64,000 nucleotides of DNA from Bdellovibrionota bacterium (GCA_044356455.1 JBIKWF010000006.1:21018-85017); one strand, 5' to 3'; shown: positions 50,012-60,828, numbered from the stretch's first letter. Translations and numbers: made by a program. Notes: generated by a model not told the origin, from the letters alone.

Positions 50012-50224
50012 CCTTTGCATCTCAAGGGATACCCTCGGCTCAGAGAAAGATACAGGGCTAGATCTCTACACGACGGCTTGGCGCAACAAGAATAGGCTAT
50101 GGAGGGAAAATCTAAATACTTAGCTATAGCATATACTTAAATCACCTTTACGAAGTCATGTTTGGCGAATGACGCTGACAAATGGTACCCTTCTGTTGCT
50201 ATTTAGGGAGACACCTAGGTCAAA

Positions 50225-50434
50225 ATGCGCCCCCCTTTCGAAACTAACTCCTCAACCCTCACCACCCGCCTTCTTGAGGCGCTCGAACTAATGGAGTTAG
50301 GAGTAGCTCTCATGCGACAAAGTATTCGGCGGCAACTTCCATTAGCATCAGAGTGCAAAGTGGAGGCTGAACTTAGGAGGTGGCTAATCGATCAACCAGC
50401 TCAATTCAGACCGTCAAATAGTTCTATTCCTTGA
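50225..50434 (+). CDS. MenA1-like antitoxin
   Basis: RLLEALELMELGVALMRQSIRRQLPLASECKVEAELRRW resembles M. tuberculosis Rv0078B as recalled; same size and position upstream of the toxin. Confidence 0.75.
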   Translation: MRPPFETNSSTLTTRLLEALELMELGVALMRQSIRRQLPLASECKVEAELRRWLIDQPAQFRPSNSSIP

Positions 50435-50449
50435 TGCTTTGCCGACCAC

Positions 50450-51061
50450 ATGCTCACTCAACTCAGAATAGTAGCAGCCGATTTAAACGCAGTCGGGGCA
50501 CAGTGGGCGCTTGTAGGAGCCTTGGCAGTAAGCGTGCACACCGAGCCACGAACCACCAGAGATATTGATATTGCGGTCTCTATCGATGGCCCTCATTCCC
50601 AGGAAAAGCTCCTGCAAGCGCTTATAGAGAGGGGTTACCGCAATCGGCAGGTTCTTATGCACCTCGCGCCAACTCACCGCCTTGGCGACCGTCTCGAGAT
50701 TATTCTGGAAGGCCATGCCCCGCTGGCGATCGACCTGCTTTTTTCTTCCTCTGGAATAGAAAAGGAAGTTGTAGCCGCTGCAGTAGCGGTAGAGCTTGTT
50801 CCCTCGGTGATCATACCCGTTGCATGCCCTGGCCACCTCATTGCAATGAAAGTCCTCTCCCAGAATTCTTCTGACAGAATTCGGGACCGGTCAGACCTTC
50901 AAAATCTCCTCGTCAATGCAGTGCCACTCGACGTACAGATCGCTCGTGAAGCAATCGAACACATGTCCCAAAGAGGATTTAGCCGCGGGAAAAACCTGAT
51001 TGAAGAGCTGGTGCAAGCAATTGCTGCCTTTGCTCCCCATCTGCGAGACCTTGAGTTCTAA
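50450..51061 (+). CDS. MenT1-like nucleotidyltransferase toxin (DUF1814/AbiEii-like)
   Basis: WALVGALAVS...EPRTTRDID, IDLLFSSSGIE, HLIAMK, DRSDL, RGF motifs match Rv0078A as recalled. Confidence 0.82.
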   Translation: MLTQLRIVAADLNAVGAQWALVGALAVSVHTEPRTTRDIDIAVSIDGPHSQEKLLQALIERGYRNRQVLMHLAPTHRLGDRLEIILEGHAPLAIDLLFSSSGIEKEVVAAAVAVELVPSVIIPVACPGHLIAMKVLSQNSSDRIRDRSDLQNLLVNAVPLDVQIAREAIEHMSQRGFSRGKNLIEELVQAIAAFAPHLRDLEF

Positions 51062-51098
51062 CCGCTATATCTCACGGGAGTCCTTCGGGGCAGGCTAA
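51058..51098. repeat. Short remnant of the YTAR-CCG...CTCAC family
   Basis: CTAA-CCGCTATATCTCACGGGAGTCC...CAGG-CTAA, starting at the toxin stop codon. Confidence 0.55.
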
Positions 51099-51113
51099 TA
51101 ACTCTAAAGCGCA

Positions 51114-53495
51114 TTACTGATTGACCTCCACCTTCACCTCCCTACTATCTGAACGCCCCTGATCGTCAACTACCCGTACGATAAAAGTCCCAGGCCCCGG
51201 CTTCCAAAATACCGCTTCCCCTGGGCGAGCCTTTCCTACTAAGGCACTATCAACAAACCAAAAGAGGAATTGAGTATCGGCATCAGCAACAGCTTTAAGA
51301 GGAATGGGTTCATCGGTGGTTAGTTCAAGCGTCTCCCCTTCTTTACTTTGAGACAAATGGGCGAGTCTAAGCTGATACACAATTCCGCGTTGCGGCGAGA
51401 CAATATCCGGGCGCACGCCAAAGGATTCACCTCCCTTACACTCTGGAGAGAAAGATGGCGGGACCTTTCGAGGCAGACCAGCCTGGCGAAAAAGGGTGAG
51501 TAAATCTGAGGGCCAGAATTCAAAGACTTCGCGGTGGGTGCCAGGCCGCTCTTCGCATGCTCGCAGTCCGCTCTGGTCATCGACTAGCACTTCGCGGTGC
51601 ACTGCGCAGGTAGCGATAGGGCTTTTGCCCGGAATGAACCATGTGTCCGTGAGATGTTTACAGAATGGTCCCGGCAACTGACCCGAGACACTGCACACCT
51701 TTTCTTTTTTCAAGTGTAAGCGATGGGGATTAGCCCAAGAGGCACTTACTCCCCGCTGCAGTTTGATAGCGTCCATCAACGAAAAGAAGAGTTCCCCTGC
51801 ACTCTCTCTTCCTACAAACGCCGGATTCGCCCTGCCGTCAAAGTTTCCGACCCAGACACCGAGTACATACTCACCAAAAACCCCAACTGCCCACGCGTCA
51901 CGAAACCCGAATGAAGTCCCGGTTTTCCAAGCGACAGGAAACGGCCGATTTTCATCCTCTACGTTCGCCTCGCTCGGTCTTGGATTTCGCGACAGCATAC
52001 TTAGGGTAAGAAAGCTTGCCTCTGGCGAGAGTAGCCTAATCTTGGAGGGGTCCTGGGGAACTCCTTGTTTGTTAGGGGTGAACGTAAGGGGCCGCAGCTC
52101 CCCTCCCTGAGCAAGCATGGCATAAAGCTGCACAAGCTCTTGGAGCGAGACTTCAGCACCTCCCAGCGTAAGCGAGAGACCATAAAAATCTTTCTCACGA
52201 AGCGCCCCAATACGAGCCTGCTTGAGGAAGCGATAAAAGCCATCGCCCTGAAGCTGATTGGCTATCTGAACCGCAGGAAGGTTTCGACTACGCACAAGGG
52301 CATAGGTCGCTGAGATGGGGCCAAGAAACTCTTTGTCGAAGTTCTCGGGGTCGTAGGCTGCAAAGCTTGCGGGAGTATCCTTAAGAATACTCCGCGGATG
52401 AATAATCCCCTCATCCATGGCCATGGCATAGACGAAGGGCTTAAGTGCAGACCCAGGCGAGCGCCTCCCCTTAGTTCCATCTACTTGGCCTTCGATGCGA
52501 GAATCATGAAAGTCAGAGGACCCAACATATCCAAGAATTGCCATCGTTCTCCAATCGATGAGCAATAAAGACGCATTCTGAATCCCAAGGTTTTTTCTGC
52601 TCTCAACAAAGGAACGCAGCGCACGCTCTGACATCTCTTGTAGCTCTGGATCTAATGTTGTTGAGACATTCGCGGCATCTACTCTTTGAAGAACATGCTC
52701 AACAAAATGCGGCGCTCGAAAAGGAAGGGTGCGACGTTCGCTTGCGACAAGAGGCAAATCAAGATCTTGCCCTTGCGCGCTCTCCTCCGGATACGCGCGG
52801 CGCCAGGAGGCGGCTAGCCGCGCACGCGCCTCACTTGGCAAAGCCCCACGAGCGGTTGGTTTTCTGCGATTAGGATTTTGTGGAACTACCGCGAGAGAAA
52901 GCGCTTCTTGAAGAGAAAGGTCCTGCGGTTTCTTTCCAAAATAAATTCTACTTGCCGCACCAATTCCTTCAATGTTCTCCCCATACGGCGCTAGATTGAA
53001 ATAGGCTTCTAGAATCTGCTCTTTGGTAAAATAGAACTCGAGCTGCAAAGCTCGTAGAATTTGCTCGAGCTTTCCAACGGGAGTTTTTGAATTAAGCGCG
53101 AACCGAAGCCGCGCAAGTTGCATCGAGATAGTCGAGCCGCCCATTCGGGAAGTGCGTAAAAGATAGGTCCGCACAAAGGCTCTCACGAGCGCGCTAAGAT
53201 CAACTCCCGAATGCTCAAAAAAGGACCGATCTTCATACAGAAGGGTCGCCTTTATGAGGTAAGGCGAAACCTCAGGCAAAGGGGTCCAAAGCCTGAACTT
53301 CTCGTCTGAGGACAGAGAAAGACGCAGCAGCCCTCCCTTTGCGTCATATACCGCTTGAGATCCCGCGCTCGCGTTGAAAAGCAGCGGTTTCCCCCACGAG
53401 GTCATGGCTCCCCAAGCTCCAAGCTGCAGAAGCAAAAGAAAGCCTCCGAGTCCAAGCAGGCAAATCTGAACTCGCCTTGGCAAAGCCGGTTTCAT
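51114..53495 (-). CDS. pbpC: Penicillin-binding protein 1C
   Basis: YEDRSF, GGSTISMQ, SALK, SRN, KTG motifs, C-terminal BiPBP_C-like domain; directly follows alpha-2-macroglobulin. Confidence 0.95.
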   Translation of the reverse strand: MKPALPRRVQICLLGLGGFLLLLQLGAWGAMTSWGKPLLFNASAGSQAVYDAKGGLLRLSLSSDEKFRLWTPLPEVSPYLIKATLLYEDRSFFEHSGVDLSALVRAFVRTYLLRTSRMGGSTISMQLARLRFALNSKTPVGKLEQILRALQLEFYFTKEQILEAYFNLAPYGENIEGIGAASRIYFGKKPQDLSLQEALSLAVVPQNPNRRKPTARGALPSEARARLAASWRRAYPEESAQGQDLDLPLVASERRTLPFRAPHFVEHVLQRVDAANVSTTLDPELQEMSERALRSFVESRKNLGIQNASLLLIDWRTMAILGYVGSSDFHDSRIEGQVDGTKGRRSPGSALKPFVYAMAMDEGIIHPRSILKDTPASFAAYDPENFDKEFLGPISATYALVRSRNLPAVQIANQLQGDGFYRFLKQARIGALREKDFYGLSLTLGGAEVSLQELVQLYAMLAQGGELRPLTFTPNKQGVPQDPSKIRLLSPEASFLTLSMLSRNPRPSEANVEDENRPFPVAWKTGTSFGFRDAWAVGVFGEYVLGVWVGNFDGRANPAFVGRESAGELFFSLMDAIKLQRGVSASWANPHRLHLKKEKVCSVSGQLPGPFCKHLTDTWFIPGKSPIATCAVHREVLVDDQSGLRACEERPGTHREVFEFWPSDLLTLFRQAGLPRKVPPSFSPECKGGESFGVRPDIVSPQRGIVYQLRLAHLSQSKEGETLELTTDEPIPLKAVADADTQFLFWFVDSALVGKARPGEAVFWKPGPGTFIVRVVDDQGRSDSREVKVEVNQ

Positions 53496-53523
53496 GGGAC
53501 CGCCTTTCTCTCTTTGACCCGTA

Positions 53524-56500
53524 TTATTTTTCGAGCGGCGCTGCCTCTTGGACCTTTATTGTCCCTCCGGGGAATACGGAGGTAAGCGACCTATCATACA
53601 TGGACTCGGCATATACCGGCGGAACGATGAAGGTTCCCTTGTTCGTAGGCACGAGTTTGTAGCGGAATTCCACTGTTTCACTCTCTGGAACCGTCGTGAA
53701 AATAAGTGCCCGATCTTCTCGCACATCCGCGTAGTCGGGCTTCATCGTAGTGCCCGCTATTCCAAAGCCCCACACCGAAGAATCGGCAGGCGTTTCCCCG
53801 TCGCCATTCTCTTGAACAGAGGCGAACCGATTGGGGCTCATCTCTATCTCAAATCCACCGGGCAACATATCGACAATAGAAACATGCGGTATTGCCTTTG
53901 CAATCAGTGAGCGTGCACGCAGCACCACGGTCACCTTTTCACCCAGCGCAACTTCGGTGATCGGATTCCCTGCTTCATTTCGATATTCGCGGAATACCTC
54001 AAACCCATTCTTAAGAGCCTCGGTTACAGGGGCCTTATCGTATCCTTGCTGGAAGGTTTGATAGAAGAGATAGCCCGGACTTGTAAGCCCAAGCTTCGCC
54101 GCATCAGGCAAAAGCGAGAAGCGCGGATACAACTTCCCAGGCTCGAGCGGAACCGCAACTCGCGTTCCGTCTGCCTTGATCTGCTCTACAGAGAACGCCG
54201 CAAGATTGTCCTTCGCTACTTTGCTCATGTAGGCATCAAGCGCCAAGAGCGCATATCCCGCCGAAAGAGTACTGTAGGAATTCTCAGCCAAGGGCTTGAG
54301 ATAATTCATCACCGTTTGAGGCGCCAAGTCTTTTAAACTGCCCTCAAAATGTTTTGCCGCAAGATACAAATAAAGCGAGCCGTGCATAAAGCTATCGTAG
54401 TAGTGCACGTAGTCAGGCGTCACGGGCTCAATTAAGGAAACCTTGCTAAAGAGCGCCCCTGCCTGCGCATCATCTTTTAGAAGCTTGTAGGTCGCGGCAA
54501 GCATCGCAGCCGAAATGTCTTTCTTCCAGCTCTCAAAAGTAGCTCCGGTTCCAAGCTTTGGCTTATTGTTTTCATAATTATCAAACCACGCACGCAGAGA
54601 GGTCAGATAACTAGTCGTTACGATGCCGCTGCGCGTCAGGAGATAAATGGCGTAGGCACTATTTCTCGCATCCGCAAAGTTCCCTGGGGCTCGGTTCGCA
54701 ATAGCCTTGAGATATCGCTGGAGATCATTCGCCACTCCGACCGGAATCGGGTATCCGCGGTCCTTGAGCTCGGCTAAGAAAAGGGCGGCGTAGTTATTAA
54801 TCTCATTTGAAACCTCCCCTCCTGGATACCAAAGGCTTATAGAACCATCAGGGTTCTGACGAGAGCCAAGGGTGCGAAGCGCCGTCGCCAAGGCTTTTTC
54901 TACGGCTTTCTCCTTTTGATTTCCTAAGTCTGGGTGTGCTTTGAGAATAAGCGCGGGAACCGCCATGCTTACTACTTGCTCACTGCAGGCGTACGGATAA
55001 CTTTCAAGATATCCAATAAGTCCGTGCGCGAAGCCTAACGGAAGAGGAGAAACGGAACCCTCTGCAAGTGCTCCAAACGGGTAGAGGTCCCGGCGCTCGA
55101 GATCAATTTCAGAAGATCCCCCCGTCGAGGCACCCGCACGCATCGTAGTTCGAAGCGGACTCGCAGGGCGAATCGAAGTGTCGTAACCAAGTCCCACTTT
55201 AACAGGCCCAGAATTCGCCTCGAACCTAAGGTTCGCCGACCCAAGTTTATCTTTGGCTTTTATCGAGAAGCGCACCACGCCCTCGCTGCCCTCAGCTATT
55301 TTCACTTTCTGTTCAGGACTTGTGACGAGCTCAAGCGCCTCAGGATCTACCTTCAGGGCGACTGACAGCTCTGCGTCCTTGCCGGAGCCCACAAGGCTAT
55401 TAGTTACCGAGGCGCTCACTTCAAACACGTCTCCCGGAGAAACCGCCGAAGGCACATTAGGCGCAATAACAAAATCACCCCGCACGGTTGTCTTCTTACT
55501 CGCAACGCCTATCGCTCCATCGGAGACAACCACGGCAATCGCGCGCAAGGATCCGTTGAAATACTCGGGGATGTCATACGTGAGTTCTTTCTCTTCAGGG
55601 CCCACGTCAATGAGTCCACTCCAGAACACTACAGGCTTATCGCGCTTACGCTTAAAGGGATTAAGATGTTTGGCCAGTAAGTCGCCATCACCACCTGGCG
55701 CAGAAAGAGCGCGCTCAATCGAATACTCCGGAAGAAGTAAATCAAGAATCTGAAGGGTATCAACCTCAAGCGCACGGCGCCGGAAGAAGTACCCGAGAGG
55801 ATCTGGGTTTTGATACCGAGCCACCTGCAGAATTCCCTCATCAACGAGGAAGACCACGGCGCGGCCTGGTTTCTCGGCCCGATACTTAAGACGCAACGTC
55901 TCACCTGGTTTCGCCGACTCTGCTACGGAAAGGAGAAGCTTGTTCTCTCGGGGAGCTTTGCTAATCGCAAAAGGCTGAACGCCGTAGCTAAGAGGCGAAA
56001 GGAACACTTCCTTTGAATCGAGCGCTCGCACAAAGGTCACATTCACATATCCATTTCCCTCTAAGTCGCGCGGAACTTGGATGCGCTGCACAGAAGTAGT
56101 GGTGTCGCTTTTGAACCATACGTAGCTATATACCTTCTCTTTCTCAATAGAGATGAGTCCTGAACCGGCATAAGGCGCCTTAATCTGAAGCTCAATCACA
56201 TCACCCGGCAGGTACTCCTTACGATCTAACTTCACCTCAAGCTCAGTATTGCTCTCAAGCCGCTTCGAAAGATCGGCATTACCTGCAATGGTGAAACCTA
56301 CACGGTTAAGCTCAAGACCTTTTTCATCCGCGATGACAAGCGCGAAACTACCTGGCTCTGACGTAGGGAGTGCGAGAGACAGCCCATTTTCAGGGATATT
56401 CAAGGCATCTTCTTTGACCGGAATCTCTTTAAGCGTTGACTGGTACGCAAACGTACCATTTGACTGTTTCGTGAGCACCGAAACCCAGCGCTGTTCAAGA

Positions 56501-59500
56501 AGCTTTGTCTTTAGCCCTGAGACAGCAATTTTCTTAAGATCAGGATTAATAGCGACGAGCTCGATGCTGTGCTCTGAACCCTTTCTTAAGTAGCTAAGAT
56601 CGCCATGAGGATGATAGCCCACAAGATATTCAAGAGGTGAAACGATAGACGAAACCTGAGAGGCAACAAATCGCCCCCCCTCCGCTTCGTACCCTTGCGT
56701 GAGAAGGGTCAGGCGATAGGTTGCCGGAGCATACGCATCGAGATTAAGCGCCAAAGATGCAATGCCTTCCTCATTAGTCTCCGTGGGTTCAAGCTCCTGA
56801 TTAAAGCTCGTCTTCGCACGCAGAGGGTCACTAAAATTAAAGTCAGCGTATTCCTTAAATGAGAGCGCACTTGGGTCGAGCAACAGTCGACTTACGACGC
56901 GGCGCTTCGCAGCCGCTGTTCCGAACAAATTGCGCAGTGTGACCTCGGCCCCTAAACCTTTAGGTGCAAGCCAGCCCTTACGCCCTGCGGGAGAAAGAGA
57001 AGTCGAGATAGTCATGCGGTCAGGAAGAAACTCTTCGACTCGAACAGAAGTCGAACCAAGCATTGCGCCGCGTTTGCCATCCCTCACCACGTAAAGGCTC
57101 GCCTCATAGCGGCCAGTTGGTGATGATTCCAAGGTTTGGTAGCGCAGCTCCTCGAAGCCCGCTGGTCCAAAACGCACTTTTTCCTTCCGAATCTCCTGAC
57201 CTCTTGCATCAGTGAAGACTGCTTCGAGGGGGAGGCCAGAGAGATCCTGCTTCCAGTCATCCGACTTCACCACGACGCCAACATGGATTTCGTCTCCCGG
57301 CCTATAAATCCCGCGGTCAGAGAATAAATAGGCCTGAACTCCCGGGGCGTCATTCTGGGTAGAAAGTCCACCCACATCGAAACGGGAAAGATTGAGCCGG
57401 CGATCGTCGCGCTGGAAAGGAAGAAATGAGAAATCCCCCTCCTTCTCGACGGTGAAGACCGTAGGCGACTTTTCTCTGACGAAATCACTAAGTTTGGGAA
57501 AAGAAGCGTGCCCATCCGCCCCTGTCACGGTACTCACGAGCGGAAGTCCGTTACGACCGAGAACCTTTACCGTAGCGCCAGACACAGGCATGCCACTATC
57601 AAGCGCCTGAACAAAAAGGTCTCGTGAACCATTCTGATTGTTCTTAAGCACCATCCCAAGATTAGTGAGAAGAATGAGGCGCTGGTCCTCTGCGAGAGAA
57701 CTCGGATAGTACTCGCTTCCCTCACCTTCGGATTCCTCTGAGTAATCTTCGTCACTTCCCTCTCCTGCCTCCCCATCCGTCGTTTGAGCACTGAGCGCCT
57801 CAGCTTTCTCGGTGAGTTTGAGCAAGAAGAGCCCGCGAGGAACTTTCGACTTGGCGTTTAAGAGTGCGCCAAAATCCACTGCGCCATACTGAGCCTCGCC
57901 CGGCGCCGCCGAAGAGAAATCACGCACTTCGGTAAAACGCTCACTCAAGTCATCAGGACCAAATGAATAACTGCTAAAAATTGGCTTTGAAAAAGTCCCA
58001 TAGGTTTGGGAGACAAGCTGGTTGACCGTTTGAGGAAGCAGACGCGCGATTTCAATTTCAACCTTAGCAACATCTCGCGTCATGACGCTCAATTTTTTCT
58101 CCCCGGTGAGACTAAGGAGTGAACCAGGCGAGAGAATTTGCACTGCCTTGGGAAGCTTGCCGACATAGACGATCTGCTCGTACGGCTTACCAAGCGCGTA
58201 GTCATCAATCGACTTTAGCTCAGGCGCAATCGAAACAAGCAGGTATCGCCCAACATCGGCCTTGAATTTAAAGCCAAGACTTTTAGTGGACGGTTCGGCC
58301 GATGGTATGAGTTGAAGCGGCAGCACAGACGCAGAGCTACGAACCTGAGGCGAGACCTCCGAAACCTCTCCCCAGCGATAAGGTTTGTCCTTACCTTCTT
58401 CATCACTTGATTCCCCTTCGGGATTCTTGAGAGGCAAAAGCTTAGCGACTACCTTGCTCTCTTGGCCTTCAGGAAGCACGCCTGCGGTAGTGCTCACCAT
58501 GAGCACTTGGTCGATTCCATGCTGCTGATTCGGCACCTTGGCGACGGTGATACTCTCAACCTTAAAGTAATTCTCTACATTCGGAACATACACTGCTGTT
58601 TCAGCAGGCCCCGTGGTGTCAGCAATTCCAAGCGCGGAATGCACCCCCGCTGCAACTTTGATTCTCATTTGAGCATCAGTTGCAGTAACGGGAACTGGGT
58701 CCGACTGCAGGTAGGCCTCCCTCCCCACTTCATCGTAGGTAACCTTAAACCCAAAAGATTTCTCTGTGCTGCCATCAGGAAATGATTTCTCTGTTTGAGG
58801 AACGAGAGTGAAACTTACATGCTTTTCGAATTCTCCCTTATCAAGCGGATGGCTCAGAACAACAGTAGCGATCACTCGCTTCGTCTTAGGATCTGACGGA
58901 TCTACGTAAAGAGAGCTGCTCGTGAACGACAACCCAAGACTTGGCGTCACAAAGGTCGTGTAATAAGGCTTGGTCGCTTCCTTGTCACCAAAGAGACGAG
59001 AATCGAAGCTCACCCCGTACTCCGCCCCCGCTGACCAGTGAGCTTTGGGCCGAAACGTTATGGTGCGGTCACTTACCCAGCGCCACTCTCCCGCAACCTG
59101 AGGCGAAAGAGTAGGAACAATAGAAAGCTGCTTATCGATTAGCTCACTCGCAGCAACGGGGTCAGAGAAAACAATACTAAGCACATCGGGCTTTGAATCC
59201 TTCTCATAGGTGGGGGTTCCAGGGCGCTGCACCTGATACCCGGAGCGCGCACGTTCAATATTACTCTGGGGAGTCGAGAACCTATAGTCGTAGCCGGGGA
59301 CCACTGCGTCTTTGGCAAAAACTTGGGGAGAAATGGTAAATTCATAGTTCGTCCCGGAACTCCAAGGAGAGCGCGGCGCAAACACAAGCTCTCGTTCAGA
59401 CATCCAGCGCCACTCGCCCTCGAGCGCGGGCTTTAGTGTGATTTCATCTTTAATCACTTGCTGAATCTTCTCTGGAGCAGCAACCGGTCTATCGAAACTA

Positions 59501-60144
59501 ATTAGCAACTGATCAGGAAGCGTATCGGTGGGTCTTGTCGGCAATCCAGGTGCGGTTATCTTGTAAGGAAAATGGATACTGCTGGTATTTACGCAGCTTC
59601 CCCGGGGAGCAAAGGTTACCTCAGACTTATCCAGGGCATACTTGGGAGGAACACTCGTCCCATCGAGCCGAACTTTGTATTCGCGAGACATCCATTCCGC
59701 TTTCGGCCGGAACGTCAATTCATTCTTAGCGGTCCACGACCAACTCCCCTCTACTTGAGGCTCGAAGCTAAGACCCCGAGGAACTTCAGGGGTTTCGTTA
59801 ATACGAGGTCCCACAAAAACAAGTCGAAGCGGGCTCACGCTCGCACCTGACACATCACTGAGGGTGCATGGAGGCTCTACGAGTACAAAAAGGAGCAGGC
59901 GCTGCTGCTCAGAGCCAGCAAGTTGCACGGCTTGTTCTTTGGCTTCGTCTTTCGCATGCGAGGCAACTCCTCCTGATGAGACCGCGCCTACCGAAGAGGC
60001 GCCCTTCCCTGACTGCGCGTTTTCAGAGTTCGACGGTCCTTGGCAGGAACAAAGAGTGACAAGGAGAAGGGCGAGGACTACCACGACTGACTTTTTGCGA
60101 GAATCAGAGAGCCGGGCTGCGAAAGAACGAAACAAAGAAAGCAT
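53524..60144 (-). CDS. Bacterial alpha-2-macroglobulin (lipoprotein)
   Basis: Lipobox-like LCSC, SDRGIYRPG, VDEGILQ, thioester motif YPYACSEQ, VDMLPGGFE, ESMY; start set at MLSLF. Confidence 0.94.
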   Translation of the reverse strand: MLSLFRSFAARLSDSRKKSVVVVLALLLVTLCSCQGPSNSENAQSGKGASSVGAVSSGGVASHAKDEAKEQAVQLAGSEQQRLLLFVLVEPPCTLSDVSGASVSPLRLVFVGPRINETPEVPRGLSFEPQVEGSWSWTAKNELTFRPKAEWMSREYKVRLDGTSVPPKYALDKSEVTFAPRGSCVNTSSIHFPYKITAPGLPTRPTDTLPDQLLISFDRPVAAPEKIQQVIKDEITLKPALEGEWRWMSERELVFAPRSPWSSGTNYEFTISPQVFAKDAVVPGYDYRFSTPQSNIERARSGYQVQRPGTPTYEKDSKPDVLSIVFSDPVAASELIDKQLSIVPTLSPQVAGEWRWVSDRTITFRPKAHWSAGAEYGVSFDSRLFGDKEATKPYYTTFVTPSLGLSFTSSSLYVDPSDPKTKRVIATVVLSHPLDKGEFEKHVSFTLVPQTEKSFPDGSTEKSFGFKVTYDEVGREAYLQSDPVPVTATDAQMRIKVAAGVHSALGIADTTGPAETAVYVPNVENYFKVESITVAKVPNQQHGIDQVLMVSTTAGVLPEGQESKVVAKLLPLKNPEGESSDEEGKDKPYRWGEVSEVSPQVRSSASVLPLQLIPSAEPSTKSLGFKFKADVGRYLLVSIAPELKSIDDYALGKPYEQIVYVGKLPKAVQILSPGSLLSLTGEKKLSVMTRDVAKVEIEIARLLPQTVNQLVSQTYGTFSKPIFSSYSFGPDDLSERFTEVRDFSSAAPGEAQYGAVDFGALLNAKSKVPRGLFLLKLTEKAEALSAQTTDGEAGEGSDEDYSEESEGEGSEYYPSSLAEDQRLILLTNLGMVLKNNQNGSRDLFVQALDSGMPVSGATVKVLGRNGLPLVSTVTGADGHASFPKLSDFVREKSPTVFTVEKEGDFSFLPFQRDDRRLNLSRFDVGGLSTQNDAPGVQAYLFSDRGIYRPGDEIHVGVVVKSDDWKQDLSGLPLEAVFTDARGQEIRKEKVRFGPAGFEELRYQTLESSPTGRYEASLYVVRDGKRGAMLGSTSVRVEEFLPDRMTISTSLSPAGRKGWLAPKGLGAEVTLRNLFGTAAAKRRVVSRLLLDPSALSFKEYADFNFSDPLRAKTSFNQELEPTETNEEGIASLALNLDAYAPATYRLTLLTQGYEAEGGRFVASQVSSIVSPLEYLVGYHPHGDLSYLRKGSEHSIELVAINPDLKKIAVSGLKTKLLEQRWVSVLTKQSNGTFAYQSTLKEIPVKEDALNIPENGLSLALPTSEPGSFALVIADEKGLELNRVGFTIAGNADLSKRLESNTELEVKLDRKEYLPGDVIELQIKAPYAGSGLISIEKEKVYSYVWFKSDTTTSVQRIQVPRDLEGNGYVNVTFVRALDSKEVFLSPLSYGVQPFAISKAPRENKLLLSVAESAKPGETLRLKYRAEKPGRAVVFLVDEGILQVARYQNPDPLGYFFRRRALEVDTLQILDLLLPEYSIERALSAPGGDGDLLAKHLNPFKRKRDKPVVFWSGLIDVGPEEKELTYDIPEYFNGSLRAIAVVVSDGAIGVASKKTTVRGDFVIAPNVPSAVSPGDVFEVSASVTNSLVGSGKDAELSVALKVDPEALELVTSPEQKVKIAEGSEGVVRFSIKAKDKLGSANLRFEANSGPVKVGLGYDTSIRPASPLRTTMRAGASTGGSSEIDLERRDLYPFGALAEGSVSPLPLGFAHGLIGYLESYPYACSEQVVSMAVPALILKAHPDLGNQKEKAVEKALATALRTLGSRQNPDGSISLWYPGGEVSNEINNYAALFLAELKDRGYPIPVGVANDLQRYLKAIANRAPGNFADARNSAYAIYLLTRSGIVTTSYLTSLRAWFDNYENNKPKLGTGATFESWKKDISAAMLAATYKLLKDDAQAGALFSKVSLIEPVTPDYVHYYDSFMHGSLYLYLAAKHFEGSLKDLAPQTVMNYLKPLAENSYSTLSAGYALLALDAYMSKVAKDNLAAFSVEQIKADGTRVAVPLEPGKLYPRFSLLPDAAKLGLTSPGYLFYQTFQQGYDKAPVTEALKNGFEVFREYRNEAGNPITEVALGEKVTVVLRARSLIAKAIPHVSIVDMLPGGFEIEMSPNRFASVQENGDGETPADSSVWGFGIAGTTMKPDYADVREDRALIFTTVPESETVEFRYKLVPTNKGTFIVPPVYAESMYDRSLTSVFPGGTIKVQEAAPLEK

Positions 60145-60492
60145 GATCACACCACAAATGAGGGAACTCAGGCAAAACGAGAACTGGATACTGACGAAAA
60201 TGTAAGACAATTCTTCAAGGGAAAGTGAGCAATACGCGCAAAAAGGTGATTTGGCGACTGAAAAAGAACGCGCCAAAAAGTAAGGCAACCGAAAGTAACC
60301 AGAGAAGTGAATGCAGGGCGAAGGAAAGAACGATGAACCATTACTCCCCCGAAGCGGCAGTAAGACAGGGCAAGAGTAAAGGGGCTTGCGTAAGGATTCA
60401 AGCGCGGGGAAGCAAAGTTCGGCGCCCCGCCAAGCATGCGCCTAGGTTGAAAATGACGCGTTCGGGACACTGAGTGCAGGAAGAAGTCAGGA

Positions 60493-60828
60493 TTACAGAC
60501 CTTCGCGCTTCTTAGACTCGAGAAGCTGCTTCAGGGCCCGAGCAGTCTTAAGATGCGACTGTACTTGCTCATTAGCCTTCTCAAGAACTACCAGCGCCTT
60601 TTGAGCATCTTCCTTGGTCAAAAGAGAGGTGGGCTCAAGAGGCGCCATATTTGAGTACGACATGAGGAAGTTATCGACATACTGAAGCAAGTCGGGGTCG
60701 AGGGTGTCTGAGCCCCCAAGCCCCGAGTCAGGCTGTTCAGGGGTTGTCTCAACCTCGATTCGGCTGCGCAGCTTGCTCTTAGACTTCGAAGGAGTTCGAA
60801 GGCGCTTACTCAGTTTTTTCAATGACAT
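60493..60828 (-). CDS. Hypothetical protein with coiled-coil C-terminus
   Basis: 111-aa ORF, AAGGG RBS, downstream of motB. Confidence 0.65.
   Translation of the reverse strand: MSLKKLSKRLRTPSKSKSKLRSRIEVETTPEQPDSGLGGSDTLDPDLLQYVDNFLMSYSNMAPLEPTSLLTKEDAQKALVVLEKANEQVQSHLKTARALKQLLESKKREGL

Noticed and set aside
60145..60473. Upstream extension of alpha-2-macroglobulin and short overlapping ORFs
   Set aside because: The signal peptide position favours the start at 60144; the other ORFs look like chance frames in biased intergenic DNA
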